Below the pieces are notes generated by a model. The model searched no databases. It was not told the DNA's origin and was given only the letters and a program-made list of their open reading frames with translations. This document shows positions 29,729 through 39,713 of a stretch of DNA of 64,000 bases, one piece after another. The DNA is from an uncultured delta proteobacterium (GTDB taxonomy: Bacteria > Desulfobacterota > Binatia > Binatales > Binataceae). Each line of letters opens with the position of its first letter. Within the stretch, counting starts at the first letter, position 1. The translations under genes were made by a program, and so were the position numbers. The stretch spans positions 96,001 to 160,000 of the forward strand of contig CAWCDG010000007.1 in NCBI GenBank assembly GCA_963794325.1, read 5' to 3'.

Positions 29729-32700
29729 CTATGGATGCAGCTCGTCGAGCAGCGCCTTGGCGTCCTTCAGGTCGGCGGTGTCGAAGCCTTCGGTGAACCA
29801 GTTGTAGATTTCGGCGAGCATCGCACGCGCCTCGTCGCGGCGGTCGGTACTCATCAGCATTCGCGCGAGCGAGGTCGTCGCGCGCAGTTCGAGCGATTTC
29901 GCCCCCTGCTGTCGGGCCTTCTTGATCGCGTGCTCGACCGACGCTCTCGCCAGAGCCGGATCGGAAGGACTCTGACCCAGCAGCAACTCGCCGCGAAGAC
30001 GATTAATTTCCGCTTCCCAGAAACATTCGCCGCTGCGACGGACCAGGTCCAGGGCGTCGCCGATTGCCTTCAAACCATGCTCGATGCGTCCGGCTCTCAG
30101 GCACGCATCGGCGAGAGTCGCGAGACTGAGCGTGAGCCACAACTCCTCTCGGTTGGCCGAAAGTGCATCGGTTTGTTCGCGTATCTGCCCTATTCCCTCC
30201 TCCGCTCTTCCAAGCTCGGTTAAGGCCCACCCTTTGACAACTCGCGCATGGCGCAGAACGTAGAGGAACCCCACGTCCTCCGCTGTGTTTATCGCGGCCC
30301 CGGCGATTTCCAGCGCAAGCTTCGGTTCCAGCATCATGCGATGAACGAGTGCCTTCTCGTACAAGGCGAAAGCTGCCGACACGGCGTCTCCAAGTTCATT
30401 CGCAAGTGAAACGGCCCGCTCCGCGCATCGCCGCGCCGCATCAGGACGACCGCGCAGCCATGATAGCTGCGCGTCCCATGCATAACCGCACACGGCCGGA
30501 TGATGAGCGGTGTAGAGCGGGACGGCAGCCGAACGAAGCTTCGACTCAAACAGCTTGAGCCCCCGCTCGACATGGCGTTGCGAGGCCTCCAGCTCACCTG
30601 CGGAAAGCGCCACCGACCAGTCATGATGGATCGCCTCGAGAAGGAAAACCGGATCGGGGTGGCGATCGACGAAATCCCAGATCGGCTTCTGCCGTTCGCG
30701 GGCTCCGCTCAAGTTGCCGCCGACGTAGAGCAGTCCAAACAATCCAACCAGTAGCGCGAACTGCTGCTCGGGTGTGGCTCCTGTCTCAGCCAGCCGCTCG
30801 GCGCGAAGATAGGCCCTCTCGGTTTCCGGCGCCGCCCACCCTTTGGTGGCCATCAGCGCGGGACCAAGGCTGGTTTGGATCGCGAATTCGCGCCGGTCCC
30901 GCTCGGGGCTGGATGGCGTGCGTTCAAGTAATTCCAAGGCGGCGGCCAGGTTCCGCATCGCCTCGCCGTACGCCAGTCGCCGAACGGCTCGGAGACCTGC
31001 GCTTTCGAGATAGTCGAGTGCCTTCGCGGAATTTCCGCTGCGGCTGTAATGATGGGCCAGTTCGTCGAGGTGGTCGTCGATTGAATTTGTGTAGAGACTC
31101 TCGAGAGCCGCACCGATTCGTCCATGAAGTTGTCTGCGCCGTTCCATCAGTACTGAGTTGTACGAGACCTCCTGGGTCAGCGCGTGCTTGAAGGTGTATT
31201 CAGAATCACCGATGGCCGGCTGCTCGTAGATGAACTCGCCGAGCTGGAGGACATCGAGCAGCCGCCTGGTCTCGTCATCCGGGATCGAGACCACCGCGCT
31301 AATCAGCGACAGCGGAAATTCGCGGCCAATTACCGCCAGCGTCTGTAACAGGTCTTTGGCATCCTGCGGCAGGCGGTCGATGCGCGCGGCGAGAATCGCC
31401 TGAACGGTCGGCGGGATCTTCAACTCGCCCAGCGCCTTGGTGAGTCTGACCGTCGAGCCGTCGCGCACCAGCGCACCCTCATCGAGCAACACCTGCACGG
31501 TCTCTTCCATGAAGAATGGATTGCCCTCGGTGCGTTCGATGATAAGCCGCTTAAGCGGTGCCATCGACGCGCCGTCGCCGAGCATCGCGGCCAGCATCTC
31601 CTCGGCTGACTCTTTGCCCAGCGGATCGAGCCGCAACTGGGTGTAGTAGGTCTTGGAGCCCCATTGATGCGAGTACTCGGGGCGGTAATTGACGAGCAGC
31701 AGAATCTTCGCATTGGCGATCGAGTCGGCGAGCAGACTCAACAGCGCCTGGGTCTCGTCGTCGATCCAGTGCAGGTCCTCGAAGATCACCATCAACGGCT
31801 GATTGAGCGACTCGCGCAGCAGGATCCGTTTGATCGCATCGAGCGTGCGCCGCTTCTTGACCTGCCCGTCCATCTGCGCCAGCGGATCCTCGCCCTCGAC
31901 AATCCCGAGCAGTGCGAACAGATACGGCAGGGTGTCCTCCTGCGCGCGATCGAGCATCAGAACCTTGCCGCCGATCTTCTCGCGCCGCGCGCGGGCATCG
32001 TCGGCGCCGATGATTTTGAAATAACCGTGCAGCAGATCGAGAACAGGCAGGAACGCCGATGCCTTGCCATGCGAGACCGAGAACGTCTCGAGCACCATCC
32101 AGCCCGACTGATTCTTCGCCTTGAACTCGAACATCAGACGCGACTTGCCGACGCCCGCCTCGGCCATGGCCGCGACGATCTGCCCGTGACCGGCTTTGGC
32201 CTGCTCCGCCGCTGCTTTCATCGCGTCCATCTCGCGCTCGCGTCCGACGAACTTCGACAGCCCACGTCCCGCCGATCGTTGCAACCGGGTCCGCAGAGGT
32301 CCGAGGCCCGTGACTTCGTAAACATTGACTGGATCGCTGACGCCTTTGACCTTGGTCGGGCCCAATGGCTTCAGCGCAAAGTAGCCCTCGACCAGCTTGC
32401 GAGTTTGCTCGCTGATCGCGATCGAGCCGGTCGGTGCGAGCGCCTCCATCCGCGACGCGAGATTCGTCGTGTGCCCGATCGGCGTGTATTCAGTGTGCCC
32501 GCCTCCGGTCGAGATCGACCGTACGACCACTTCGCCAGTGTTCACGCCGACGCGCGCTTCGATCGGCAGGTTGCCAGCCTCGCGAAGTCGCGCGGAGTAT
32601 CGCGTCAGCTCATCCTGCATCCGCAGCGCCGCGTACAATGCGCGCTGCGGATGGTCTTCGTGCGCGACCGGCGCGCCGAACAGCGCGAAGATGCCGTCGC

Positions 32701-33118
32701 CAGTAGATTGCACGATGTAGCCGTCGTAGCGGCGGACCGCGTCGATCATCAGCTTTAGCGCCGGATCGATGATCGCGCGCGCCTCTTCAGGATCGAGATC
32801 CTGCTCCAACTCGGTCGATCCTTTGATATCCGCGAACAGCGCCGTGACCGTCTTGCGTTCGCCTTCGACCGCCGACACGTCCGCTTGCTCCGCTGCCACG
32901 CGGACTGCTTGCGCGGCTTGAATGACAGATGGATCAACGGTTGACGGCGAGGTCAGCGATGCCGCGCACTCGTCACAGAACTTGGCGCCGGGTTTATTGG
33001 CCGCTCCGCACTTGGGACACTTTGCCGCGAAGGGCGCCGCACATTCGGTGCAGAATTTCGCACCTTCGCGATTATCAGCACCGCATTTCGTGCAACGAAT
33101 TTTTCCCCCGGCCGTCAC
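29729..33118 (-). CDS. Double zinc ribbon - class III nucleotide cyclase - AAA (STAND) - TPR protein, copy 1
   Basis: GTG 33118 overlaps the upstream TAG. Four CxxC; FADIKGST, STGDG and TNLASR cyclase motifs; AEAGVGKS Walker A; FEDLHW Walker B; TPR tail. Confidence 0.92.
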   Translation of the reverse strand: MTAGGKIRCTKCGADNREGAKFCTECAAPFAAKCPKCGAANKPGAKFCDECAASLTSPSTVDPSVIQAAQAVRVAAEQADVSAVEGERKTVTALFADIKGSTELEQDLDPEEARAIIDPALKLMIDAVRRYDGYIVQSTGDGIFALFGAPVAHEDHPQRALYAALRMQDELTRYSARLREAGNLPIEARVGVNTGEVVVRSISTGGGHTEYTPIGHTTNLASRMEALAPTGSIAISEQTRKLVEGYFALKPLGPTKVKGVSDPVNVYEVTGLGPLRTRLQRSAGRGLSKFVGREREMDAMKAAAEQAKAGHGQIVAAMAEAGVGKSRLMFEFKAKNQSGWMVLETFSVSHGKASAFLPVLDLLHGYFKIIGADDARARREKIGGKVLMLDRAQEDTLPYLFALLGIVEGEDPLAQMDGQVKKRRTLDAIKRILLRESLNQPLMVIFEDLHWIDDETQALLSLLADSIANAKILLLVNYRPEYSHQWGSKTYYTQLRLDPLGKESAEEMLAAMLGDGASMAPLKRLIIERTEGNPFFMEETVQVLLDEGALVRDGSTVRLTKALGELKIPPTVQAILAARIDRLPQDAKDLLQTLAVIGREFPLSLISAVVSIPDDETRRLLDVLQLGEFIYEQPAIGDSEYTFKHALTQEVSYNSVLMERRRQLHGRIGAALESLYTNSIDDHLDELAHHYSRSGNSAKALDYLESAGLRAVRRLAYGEAMRNLAAALELLERTPSSPERDRREFAIQTSLGPALMATKGWAAPETERAYLRAERLAETGATPEQQFALLVGLFGLLYVGGNLSGARERQKPIWDFVDRHPDPVFLLEAIHHDWSVALSAGELEASQRHVERGLKLFESKLRSAAVPLYTAHHPAVCGYAWDAQLSWLRGRPDAARRCAERAVSLANELGDAVSAAFALYEKALVHRMMLEPKLALEIAGAAINTAEDVGFLYVLRHARVVKGWALTELGRAEEGIGQIREQTDALSANREELWLTLSLATLADACLRAGRIEHGLKAIGDALDLVRRSGECFWEAEINRLRGELLLGQSPSDPALARASVEHAIKKARQQGAKSLELRATTSLARMLMSTDRRDEARAMLAEIYNWFTEGFDTADLKDAKALLDELHP

Positions 33119-36100
33119 TAAGTCTCCCGGAGTTCCGCAAGCAGCGCCTTGGCGTACTTCAGGTCGGCGGTGTCGAAGCCTTCGGTGAACCAGTTGTAAA
33201 TTTCGGCGAGCATGGCGCGGGCTTGGTCGCGCTTGCCTTGCGAATCGAGGAGCCGCGCGAGTGATGTCGTCGCGCGCAGTTCCCACGACTTTGCATGCTG
33301 CTTGCGCGAAATTTCGATCGCGGTGCGGAAGGATTGCTCGGCTCGCGGCGCATTCAAGGAGTCCTTGCCCAGCAGCAGTTCGCCCTTCACCCGATGCACC
33401 TCCGCCTCATGCAGCCTTTGGCCGGTGCGCTCGATGATCGGGAATGCTTCGTCGATGGTGCGAAGAGCTTCATCGAACCGTCCGATCCGGCCCAGAGCCT
33501 TGGCGATCAATACTAGAAAGTACTCGCCCAGGAGATCGGAGCCGGAGGCATTGTGCTCCGATAGGTGGCGTCGCATCCGCGCGATGCCGTCGAGGTCGCC
33601 AGCCATCGCGTCCGCAAACCCCAAGTATATTTCACAGAAAGCGCGGCGAGTTAAGCCGCCGCTTTCGGTCGATAGCGCAAGCGCTGCTTCCGCCGTCTCT
33701 CTCATTTGCTCAAGCTCGCCGCGGAGTTCAAAAATGTATTTCGCGAGGTTGTTTACCGCCTCCAAGACAGCTTTTGATCCTGATTCGTTCGCGATGGTGG
33801 TCGCCGAACCCAATCGCTCCAGCGAACGATCCGGGTAACCGAGGAACCAAATATTCCATGCCGAGATGACGCGATTTAACCCCCCACTCATCATCTCGGG
33901 AATGAACCTTTGATGCTTCGTCCCGGCGCGCCCCGGCTCCGCTGTCGAGTCTGGCTGATTCCACACGCGGTCCAAACTTTCGGCAGCGCGCTCGAACTCG
34001 CCGGAGTACATCCATGCGAGCGACAATATGAACGCCACCCTGGCGGTTTGCTCGGCAGTCCCGTTTTTCTCGGCCCGTGCAAGTAGCTCGGGGGCTTTTT
34101 CGCACGCTTTGCGGATGTCGGGACGGCTCAGGACAACCATCAAGGTTCCGGCGAGCGCCGACATGGTCTTTTCCCAGTTGATTCCGGGCCGCTCGCAAAG
34201 CTCCGCCGCGCGGGCAGACGACTGCTCGAGCTCGGGCGAGCTCCAGCCCTTGATCTCCCTCAGAGGTTGGTTGACCGCGACCCGGAGGTCCAACTCGAGC
34301 TCGGCGCGGCGGTCGTCATCGGGAAGCTTCTGCAGCTGTTCGAGCCCGCTTTCGAACAGCACGACGGCTTCGGCATTAGACCCACGATCGGAGCACTGCT
34401 GGATGGCGCGCAGACAATATTCCACCGCCTTGGCCGAATTGCCGCCGCGCGAATAGTGATGTGCCAGCTCGGCAACATGGTCATCGAGGCTCTCAGCATA
34501 AATCGATTCCAGTGCCGCGCCGATTCGCCCGTGCAACATTCGCCGGCGTTCGTTCAGGACCGAGTTGTACGCGACGTCATGCGTCAGCGCGTGCTTGAAG
34601 ATGTACTCGATGTCGCCCGATGCGGGCTGTTCGTAGATGAACTCGCCAAGCTGGAGTTCGGACAGCATCGGCTCCAACTCCAGACCACCCTTCGCCGCCA
34701 CCTTGCTCACCACCCCCAGTTTGAATTCGGTACCAATCACGGCCAGCGTCTGCAGCAGATCCTTGTGATCCGGCGTCAGCCGGTCGATGCGCGCGGCGAG
34801 AATGGCCTGCACGGTCGGGGGAATCTTGAGCTCGCTGAGCGGTTTGGTGAGCTTCACCGTTCCGTTGCGCAGCAACGCGCCCTCATCGAGCAAGACCTGC
34901 ACGGTCTCTTCCATGAAAAACGGATTGCCCTCAGTTTTTTCAGTAATGAGCTTCTTGAGCGCTGCCAGTTCTGCGCTGTCGCCGAGCAGCGCGGTCAGCA
35001 TTTCGTCGGCGCTCTCCTTGCCCAGCGGATCGAGCCGCAATTGTGTGTAGTAGGTCTTGCTGTTCCACTGATGCGAATATTCGGGCCGGTAGTTCACCAG
35101 CATCAAGATGCGCGCGGTGCCGATTGAGTCAGCCAGCAGATTCAGGAAGCCCTGCGACTCCTCGTCGACCCAGTGCAAGTCCTCAAAGATAACGATGAGG
35201 GGTTGGTTAAGCGACTCGCGCGACAGGATGCGCTTGATCGCGTCGAGCGAGCGCCGCTTTCGGATCTGCGGCTCCATTTCGGCAAGCGGACTGTTCTCGT
35301 CGCTCAGACCGAGCAGCGCATGGAGATACGGGAGCGCGTCCTCCAACGAGCGATCGAGTGTCAGGACCTTGCCGTTGATCTTCTCGCGGCGTTTGCGCTC
35401 GTCGTCATCGGAGCTGATCTCGAAGTAGCTCCACAGCAAATCGATCAGCGGCAGAAATGCCGACGCCTTGCCGTGCGAGACCGAGAACGCTTCGAGCACC
35501 ATCCAGCCCGATTGTGCGACCGCCTTGAACTCGAAAAACAACCGCGACTTGCCGGTACCCGCCTCGGCCATTGCCGCGACGATCTGCCCGCGACCAGCCT
35601 TAGCCTGCTCGGCTGCGCGCTTGAGCGCGTCCATCTCGGCCTGCCGTCCGACGAACTTCGACAACCCGCGTCCTGCCGAGCGCTGCAATCTGGTCCGCAG
35701 AGGTCCGAGGCCGATCACTTCGTACACGTTGACCGGGTCGCTAACGCCCTTCACCCTGGTCGGGCCGAGCGGCTTGAGCGAGAAGTAGCCCTCGCAGAAT
35801 TTGCGCGTCTGTTCGCTGGTTGCGATCGAGCCAGTCGGCGCGAGCGCCTGCATTCGCGACGCAAGATTGGTCGTATGCCCGATCGGCGTGTATTCAGTGT
35901 GACCGCGGCCAGTTGAGATCGAGCGCACGACCACCTCGCCGGTATTCACACCGACGCGCGCTTCGATCGGCAGGTTCCCGGCCTCGCGCAATCTCGCCGA
36001 GTATCGTTTCAGCTCTTCCTGCATGCGCAGTGCCGCATAAAGTGCGCGTTGCGGGTGATCCTCGTGCGCGACCGGCGCACCAAACAGCGCGAAAATGCCG

Positions 36101-36507
36101 TCGCCGGTGCTCTGCACGATGTATCCGTCGTAGCGGCGCACCGCGTCGATCATCAGCTTCAGCGCCGGATCGATAATCGCGCGCGCCTCTTCAGGATCGA
36201 GATCCTGTTCCAGCTCGGTCGATCCCTTGATGTCCGCGAACAGCGCGGTGACCGTCTTGCGCTCGCCCTCGAGCGCTTCGGACGCACCGCTATCGGCCGC
36301 GACCCTGATTTGCGGCTTGGCCGGCGCAGCGGCCGCGGGCGCATCGGCTTTCGCGGCGCCAATCGCGGTACCGCATTTCTTGCAAAATCGCGCTCCCGGA
36401 CTCACCGAGGCTTTGCAAGCCGGACAAATCAATTCCAGCTTCGCGCCGCATCCCTCGCAGAACGAAGCGTCAGAAGGATTATCCTGATTGCATTTCGCGC
36501 ACAGCAT
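33118..36507 (-). CDS. Double zinc ribbon - class III nucleotide cyclase - AAA (STAND) - TPR protein, copy 2
   Basis: Same architecture and motifs as copy 1. Start at ATG 36507 or 36519. Confidence 0.92.
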   Translation of the reverse strand: MLCAKCNQDNPSDASFCEGCGAKLELICPACKASVSPGARFCKKCGTAIGAAKADAPAAAAPAKPQIRVAADSGASEALEGERKTVTALFADIKGSTELEQDLDPEEARAIIDPALKLMIDAVRRYDGYIVQSTGDGIFALFGAPVAHEDHPQRALYAALRMQEELKRYSARLREAGNLPIEARVGVNTGEVVVRSISTGRGHTEYTPIGHTTNLASRMQALAPTGSIATSEQTRKFCEGYFSLKPLGPTRVKGVSDPVNVYEVIGLGPLRTRLQRSAGRGLSKFVGRQAEMDALKRAAEQAKAGRGQIVAAMAEAGTGKSRLFFEFKAVAQSGWMVLEAFSVSHGKASAFLPLIDLLWSYFEISSDDDERKRREKINGKVLTLDRSLEDALPYLHALLGLSDENSPLAEMEPQIRKRRSLDAIKRILSRESLNQPLIVIFEDLHWVDEESQGFLNLLADSIGTARILMLVNYRPEYSHQWNSKTYYTQLRLDPLGKESADEMLTALLGDSAELAALKKLITEKTEGNPFFMEETVQVLLDEGALLRNGTVKLTKPLSELKIPPTVQAILAARIDRLTPDHKDLLQTLAVIGTEFKLGVVSKVAAKGGLELEPMLSELQLGEFIYEQPASGDIEYIFKHALTHDVAYNSVLNERRRMLHGRIGAALESIYAESLDDHVAELAHHYSRGGNSAKAVEYCLRAIQQCSDRGSNAEAVVLFESGLEQLQKLPDDDRRAELELDLRVAVNQPLREIKGWSSPELEQSSARAAELCERPGINWEKTMSALAGTLMVVLSRPDIRKACEKAPELLARAEKNGTAEQTARVAFILSLAWMYSGEFERAAESLDRVWNQPDSTAEPGRAGTKHQRFIPEMMSGGLNRVISAWNIWFLGYPDRSLERLGSATTIANESGSKAVLEAVNNLAKYIFELRGELEQMRETAEAALALSTESGGLTRRAFCEIYLGFADAMAGDLDGIARMRRHLSEHNASGSDLLGEYFLVLIAKALGRIGRFDEALRTIDEAFPIIERTGQRLHEAEVHRVKGELLLGKDSLNAPRAEQSFRTAIEISRKQHAKSWELRATTSLARLLDSQGKRDQARAMLAEIYNWFTEGFDTADLKYAKALLAELRET

Positions 36508-36511
36508 CCAG

Positions 36512-37097
36512 TTACCCATTCAACTCTTCGAGCAAAGCCTTGGCGTCCTTCAAGTCGGCGGTGTCGAAGCCCGCGGTGAACCAGGCGTAGATTACCTCGA
36601 GCATCGCGCGTGCCTCATCGCGCTTGCCTTGCGATGCGAGCAGCCGCGCAAGGCTGGTGGTCGCGCGCAGTTCCAACATCTTCGCATTCATCTTTTGCGC
36701 GAGCGCGATCGCTTCGCGGAAATCGGTCTCGGCCGCTTCCGCCTGACCGATTTTCCGCCGCAGTTCGCCGCGTACAGTTAGTAGCTCGGGCCTGGCTAAA
36801 ATTTCCTGAAGGTTCGCTTCGACTGCTTGCTGGATCGTGACCAAGGCATCGACGAACATGCCATCCAATGCCTGAACCTCGGCCAGGCAGATCATACTTT
36901 CGGCAATTCTGAGCCCGTATCCTGCTTCGATCGATCCGGCCAGTCCTTGACGGATCAACGAGAGGCCATCGCGCGAACCGCCAAGTTGTATCCGCGCCCA
37001 GCCCGCGATGCTCAGGAGAGTATCTCATCGCGGTCATCCCGTGCTCTTCACAGATTGCCAGGATTGGAGTGACCGCGGCTTCGGCGCTCTTTGGATC
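36512..37097 (-). pseudogene. C-terminal remnant of a third cyclase-STAND-TPR gene (frameshift near 37020)
   Basis: Encodes DPKSAEAAVTPILAICEEHG / LLSIAGWARIQLG...ELRATTSLARLL...WFTAGFDTADLKDAKALL, matching the tails of copies 1 and 2. No cyclase or AAA part. Confidence 0.8.
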
Positions 37098-38444
37098 CTG
37101 GATTCGCGCGCGCACTTGCGCCTTGGTCCATTTCTCGCGCGCGAGCGTATCGGCGTGCTCGGGCGAGATGACCAACAAGATCTCGCCGGCGTTGTGCTGC
37201 TTGGGATGCCAGCATGCTTCGAGTCCCATGCCGAGACTGCCGGCCAGCGCGCGTGCCGTGCGCGAAGTCTGATCCGCAATCTGCCGCGATCCCGCCTCGA
37301 GCCCGAACACCGTCACCACGTTCTCATCTTTCTTGAAGCCGCGCTCGACATGCAGCGGCTCCCACGGACTGCGCTCCTCCCATTCGGCGAAGCAGGTCGT
37401 GAACTTGCCGATTGCGCCGAGCGTCGAGCGCTCGATATCTCCGGGCTTCGCGCCGCCGACGTTGCGCAGCACCAGCTTCAGCGCGCGCCCGATAGTCGCG
37501 TTGGAACGCGTGCCGTAGCCGAGCGCCATCATGCCCATGTTCATGTCGAGGCGATGCCGAATCGGACCGTTCACGACGATCACCGGCGTCGCACCCCAGG
37601 TCGTCGACATGATTCCGTGGATGTTGAACTCGTCGGTGCACACCGCTTCGAGCGCGGCGATCACGACCGGCAGATACTCGGGGCGGCATCCCGCCATCAC
37701 GGCGTTGACCGCGACTTTCTCGACCGTCACCGGCGCGAGGTTCGGTGGCACGATCGCAATCACGTCGCGCGGATCGCGCCGCGTACCGGTCAGCATCCAC
37801 ATCACACGCTCGGGCGTCGGCGGCACCACCGGCAATCCGTCGGTAAGCCCGCGCTCGAACATGAATTCGAATACGTCCTCTGCGTCGCCCAGCTCGATTC
37901 GACGCGCGGTCAGCTTGTCGCCGCGCGCCTCCGCTTCAAGATGCTCCGCGATTCCCGGCTCGACCGATTTGGAGCCGCACCCCGGCCGCGACTCCGGATA
38001 CGAGTTCCAATCGATAGCCGGCGGCTGCTTGCCTGATAGTCGCGACAACTCCGCGAACATCTCGCGCCAATCGTCACGCCCGAAGCCGATGAAACGTCGC
38101 AGCTCGCGGCCCTGCGCGTCGGCGAGGATGATCGTCGGCACCGTGTCGAGGTCATATTCGAACGAAACCCTGAGCGCCGAATCGTCGAGCATCGGAACTG
38201 TCAGCGCATATCGCTCGACGAGTTTCGCGTTGCCATCAGCATCCTGTCCGATCGCCCACACATCGACCGACGCTCCAAACGCGCGATGCGCCGCCTCGAT
38301 CAGCGGCATCGTCATCCCGCAGGTCGGGCAATCTTCCTTGACGAAGCAGAGCAGGGCGGACCGGGTGGACGGAAACGATCGCGAGGTTCCTGCACCGTCG
38401 CGCAACTCAAATGCCGGCAATAAGGTTTTCGTTGAGTCGTTCAT
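37098..38444 (-). pseudogene. Thioredoxin-like (CPTC) domain fused to a conserved unknown domain; C-terminally truncated and fused to the cyclase remnant
   Basis: FVKEDCPTC redoxin domain, RPGCGS, TDGLPVVPPTPERV, VAVNAVMAGC. After KWTKAQVRARIQ the sequence switches to TPR-tail sequence. Confidence 0.7.
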
Positions 38445-39694
38445 TCCGTGGCCGGAGACGTTTCCGGAACCATCAAAAATCGATGCTGCTTCGGAGAATA
38501 AAACTCGACTGCCGCGGTTATCAACGCCTTGTCCGCGACGCCGCCGGCAATCATCACTTCGCCGTCGTTCAGTAGTGTCGCAGTATTCGTCAGCCGCGCG
38601 ACACTGGTTTGACCCACATGAGAGAACGCGTTGGTGTCCGGCAGGAAAACTTCAGCGTCGCGCATCCCGACCACAATCGGTCCCTGAATTCTAAATCCAC
38701 CGACGACCAGCACCTTGCCGTCGTCGAGCATCGTCGCAGTCGCAAGATAGTGGGGCGCACTCATGTCGCCGGTTCGAAGGAAGGCGCCCGATTCAGGATC
38801 ATAAATCTCCGCGGAGTTGAGCGGCGTCAGCGAAGCGATATTGCGAAGCCGGCTCGTCATCATTCTCCCGCTCTTGCCGCCGACGATCAGCACGCGCCCG
38901 TCGTTGAGTTTGACCGCGGCCGCGCCGACGCGATCGCTCTTCATGTGCGCGCGCACCGGATTGAAGCTGCGGGTCGCCGGATCGTAGATTTCGGCGGTGT
39001 CATACGAGATATAGCCGCCCGGCATCCCGCCGCGCCCGCCTCCCGCAATCAACACTTTGCCGGTGCCGAGTAGCGCCGCGACATGCGCGACGCGCGGCTG
39101 ATGCAGATGGCCGGTGCGGCTGAACGTCCCGCTCGAAGGATCGTAAATCTCGGCGGAGCTCAGCGTATGGATTCCATTGTCACTGCCGCCGGCAATCAGC
39201 ACGCGCCCATCGCGAAGCATCGTGGCCGTATGCCCTTCGCGCGACACCGACATCGAACCGGTCGGGCTGAAAGTGCCGGAGGCCGGGTCGTAAATTTCGG
39301 CGCTGGCCAGCTCCGAGCGAAATCCCGCGTTTTGGACGCCACCGGTCAGCAGCACGCGTCCGTCGCGCAGCATCGTGATTGTCTGTCCCGCCCGCGGCAC
39401 TGTCATCGAGCCGGTCGGCGAGAACGTTCGCGCGACAGGATCGTAAAGCTCGGCGCTCGAGAGCACGCCGCCTATTTCTCCGGTCGCGGTGCCGCCGCAA
39501 ATCAGCACGCGCCCGTCGCGGAGCCGAATCGCGGCCGCATTCGCGCGCGGGGTAGTCATCGCGAGAGCCTCGACGCGGTTGCCTTGCGGATTTTTGACAA
39601 AGGCCGGCGGCGCCTCGGTCACACCACCGCCAGCGCACGCCGTAATTCCGGCCGCAAGAAGAAACGAGAGCGCGACAAGATATCGATGATTCAC
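38441..39694 (-). CDS. Kelch-repeat beta-propeller lipoprotein
   Basis: Lipobox ITA-C; about 7 repeats of R..H.AT.L.DGRVLI.GG...SAE(I/L)YDP. Stop overlaps the next ATG (ATGA). Confidence 0.9.
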   Translation of the reverse strand: MNHRYLVALSFLLAAGITACAGGGVTEAPPAFVKNPQGNRVEALAMTTPRANAAAIRLRDGRVLICGGTATGEIGGVLSSAELYDPVARTFSPTGSMTVPRAGQTITMLRDGRVLLTGGVQNAGFRSELASAEIYDPASGTFSPTGSMSVSREGHTATMLRDGRVLIAGGSDNGIHTLSSAEIYDPSSGTFSRTGHLHQPRVAHVAALLGTGKVLIAGGGRGGMPGGYISYDTAEIYDPATRSFNPVRAHMKSDRVGAAAVKLNDGRVLIVGGKSGRMMTSRLRNIASLTPLNSAEIYDPESGAFLRTGDMSAPHYLATATMLDDGKVLVVGGFRIQGPIVVGMRDAEVFLPDTNAFSHVGQTSVARLTNTATLLNDGEVMIAGGVADKALITAAVEFYSPKQHRFLMVPETSPATE

Positions 39695-39713
39695 AGTGAC
39701 CTCGCGCGCTGAA

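Noticed and set aside
33119-33286. N-terminal extension of the 1185-aa ORF
   Set aside because: It overlaps the conserved C-terminus of copy 2. The GTG at 33118 directly precedes the zinc ribbon.
36615-38444. Intact 609-aa protein
   Set aside because: Chimeric: the last ~160 codons come from a cyclase remnant, mostly out of frame.
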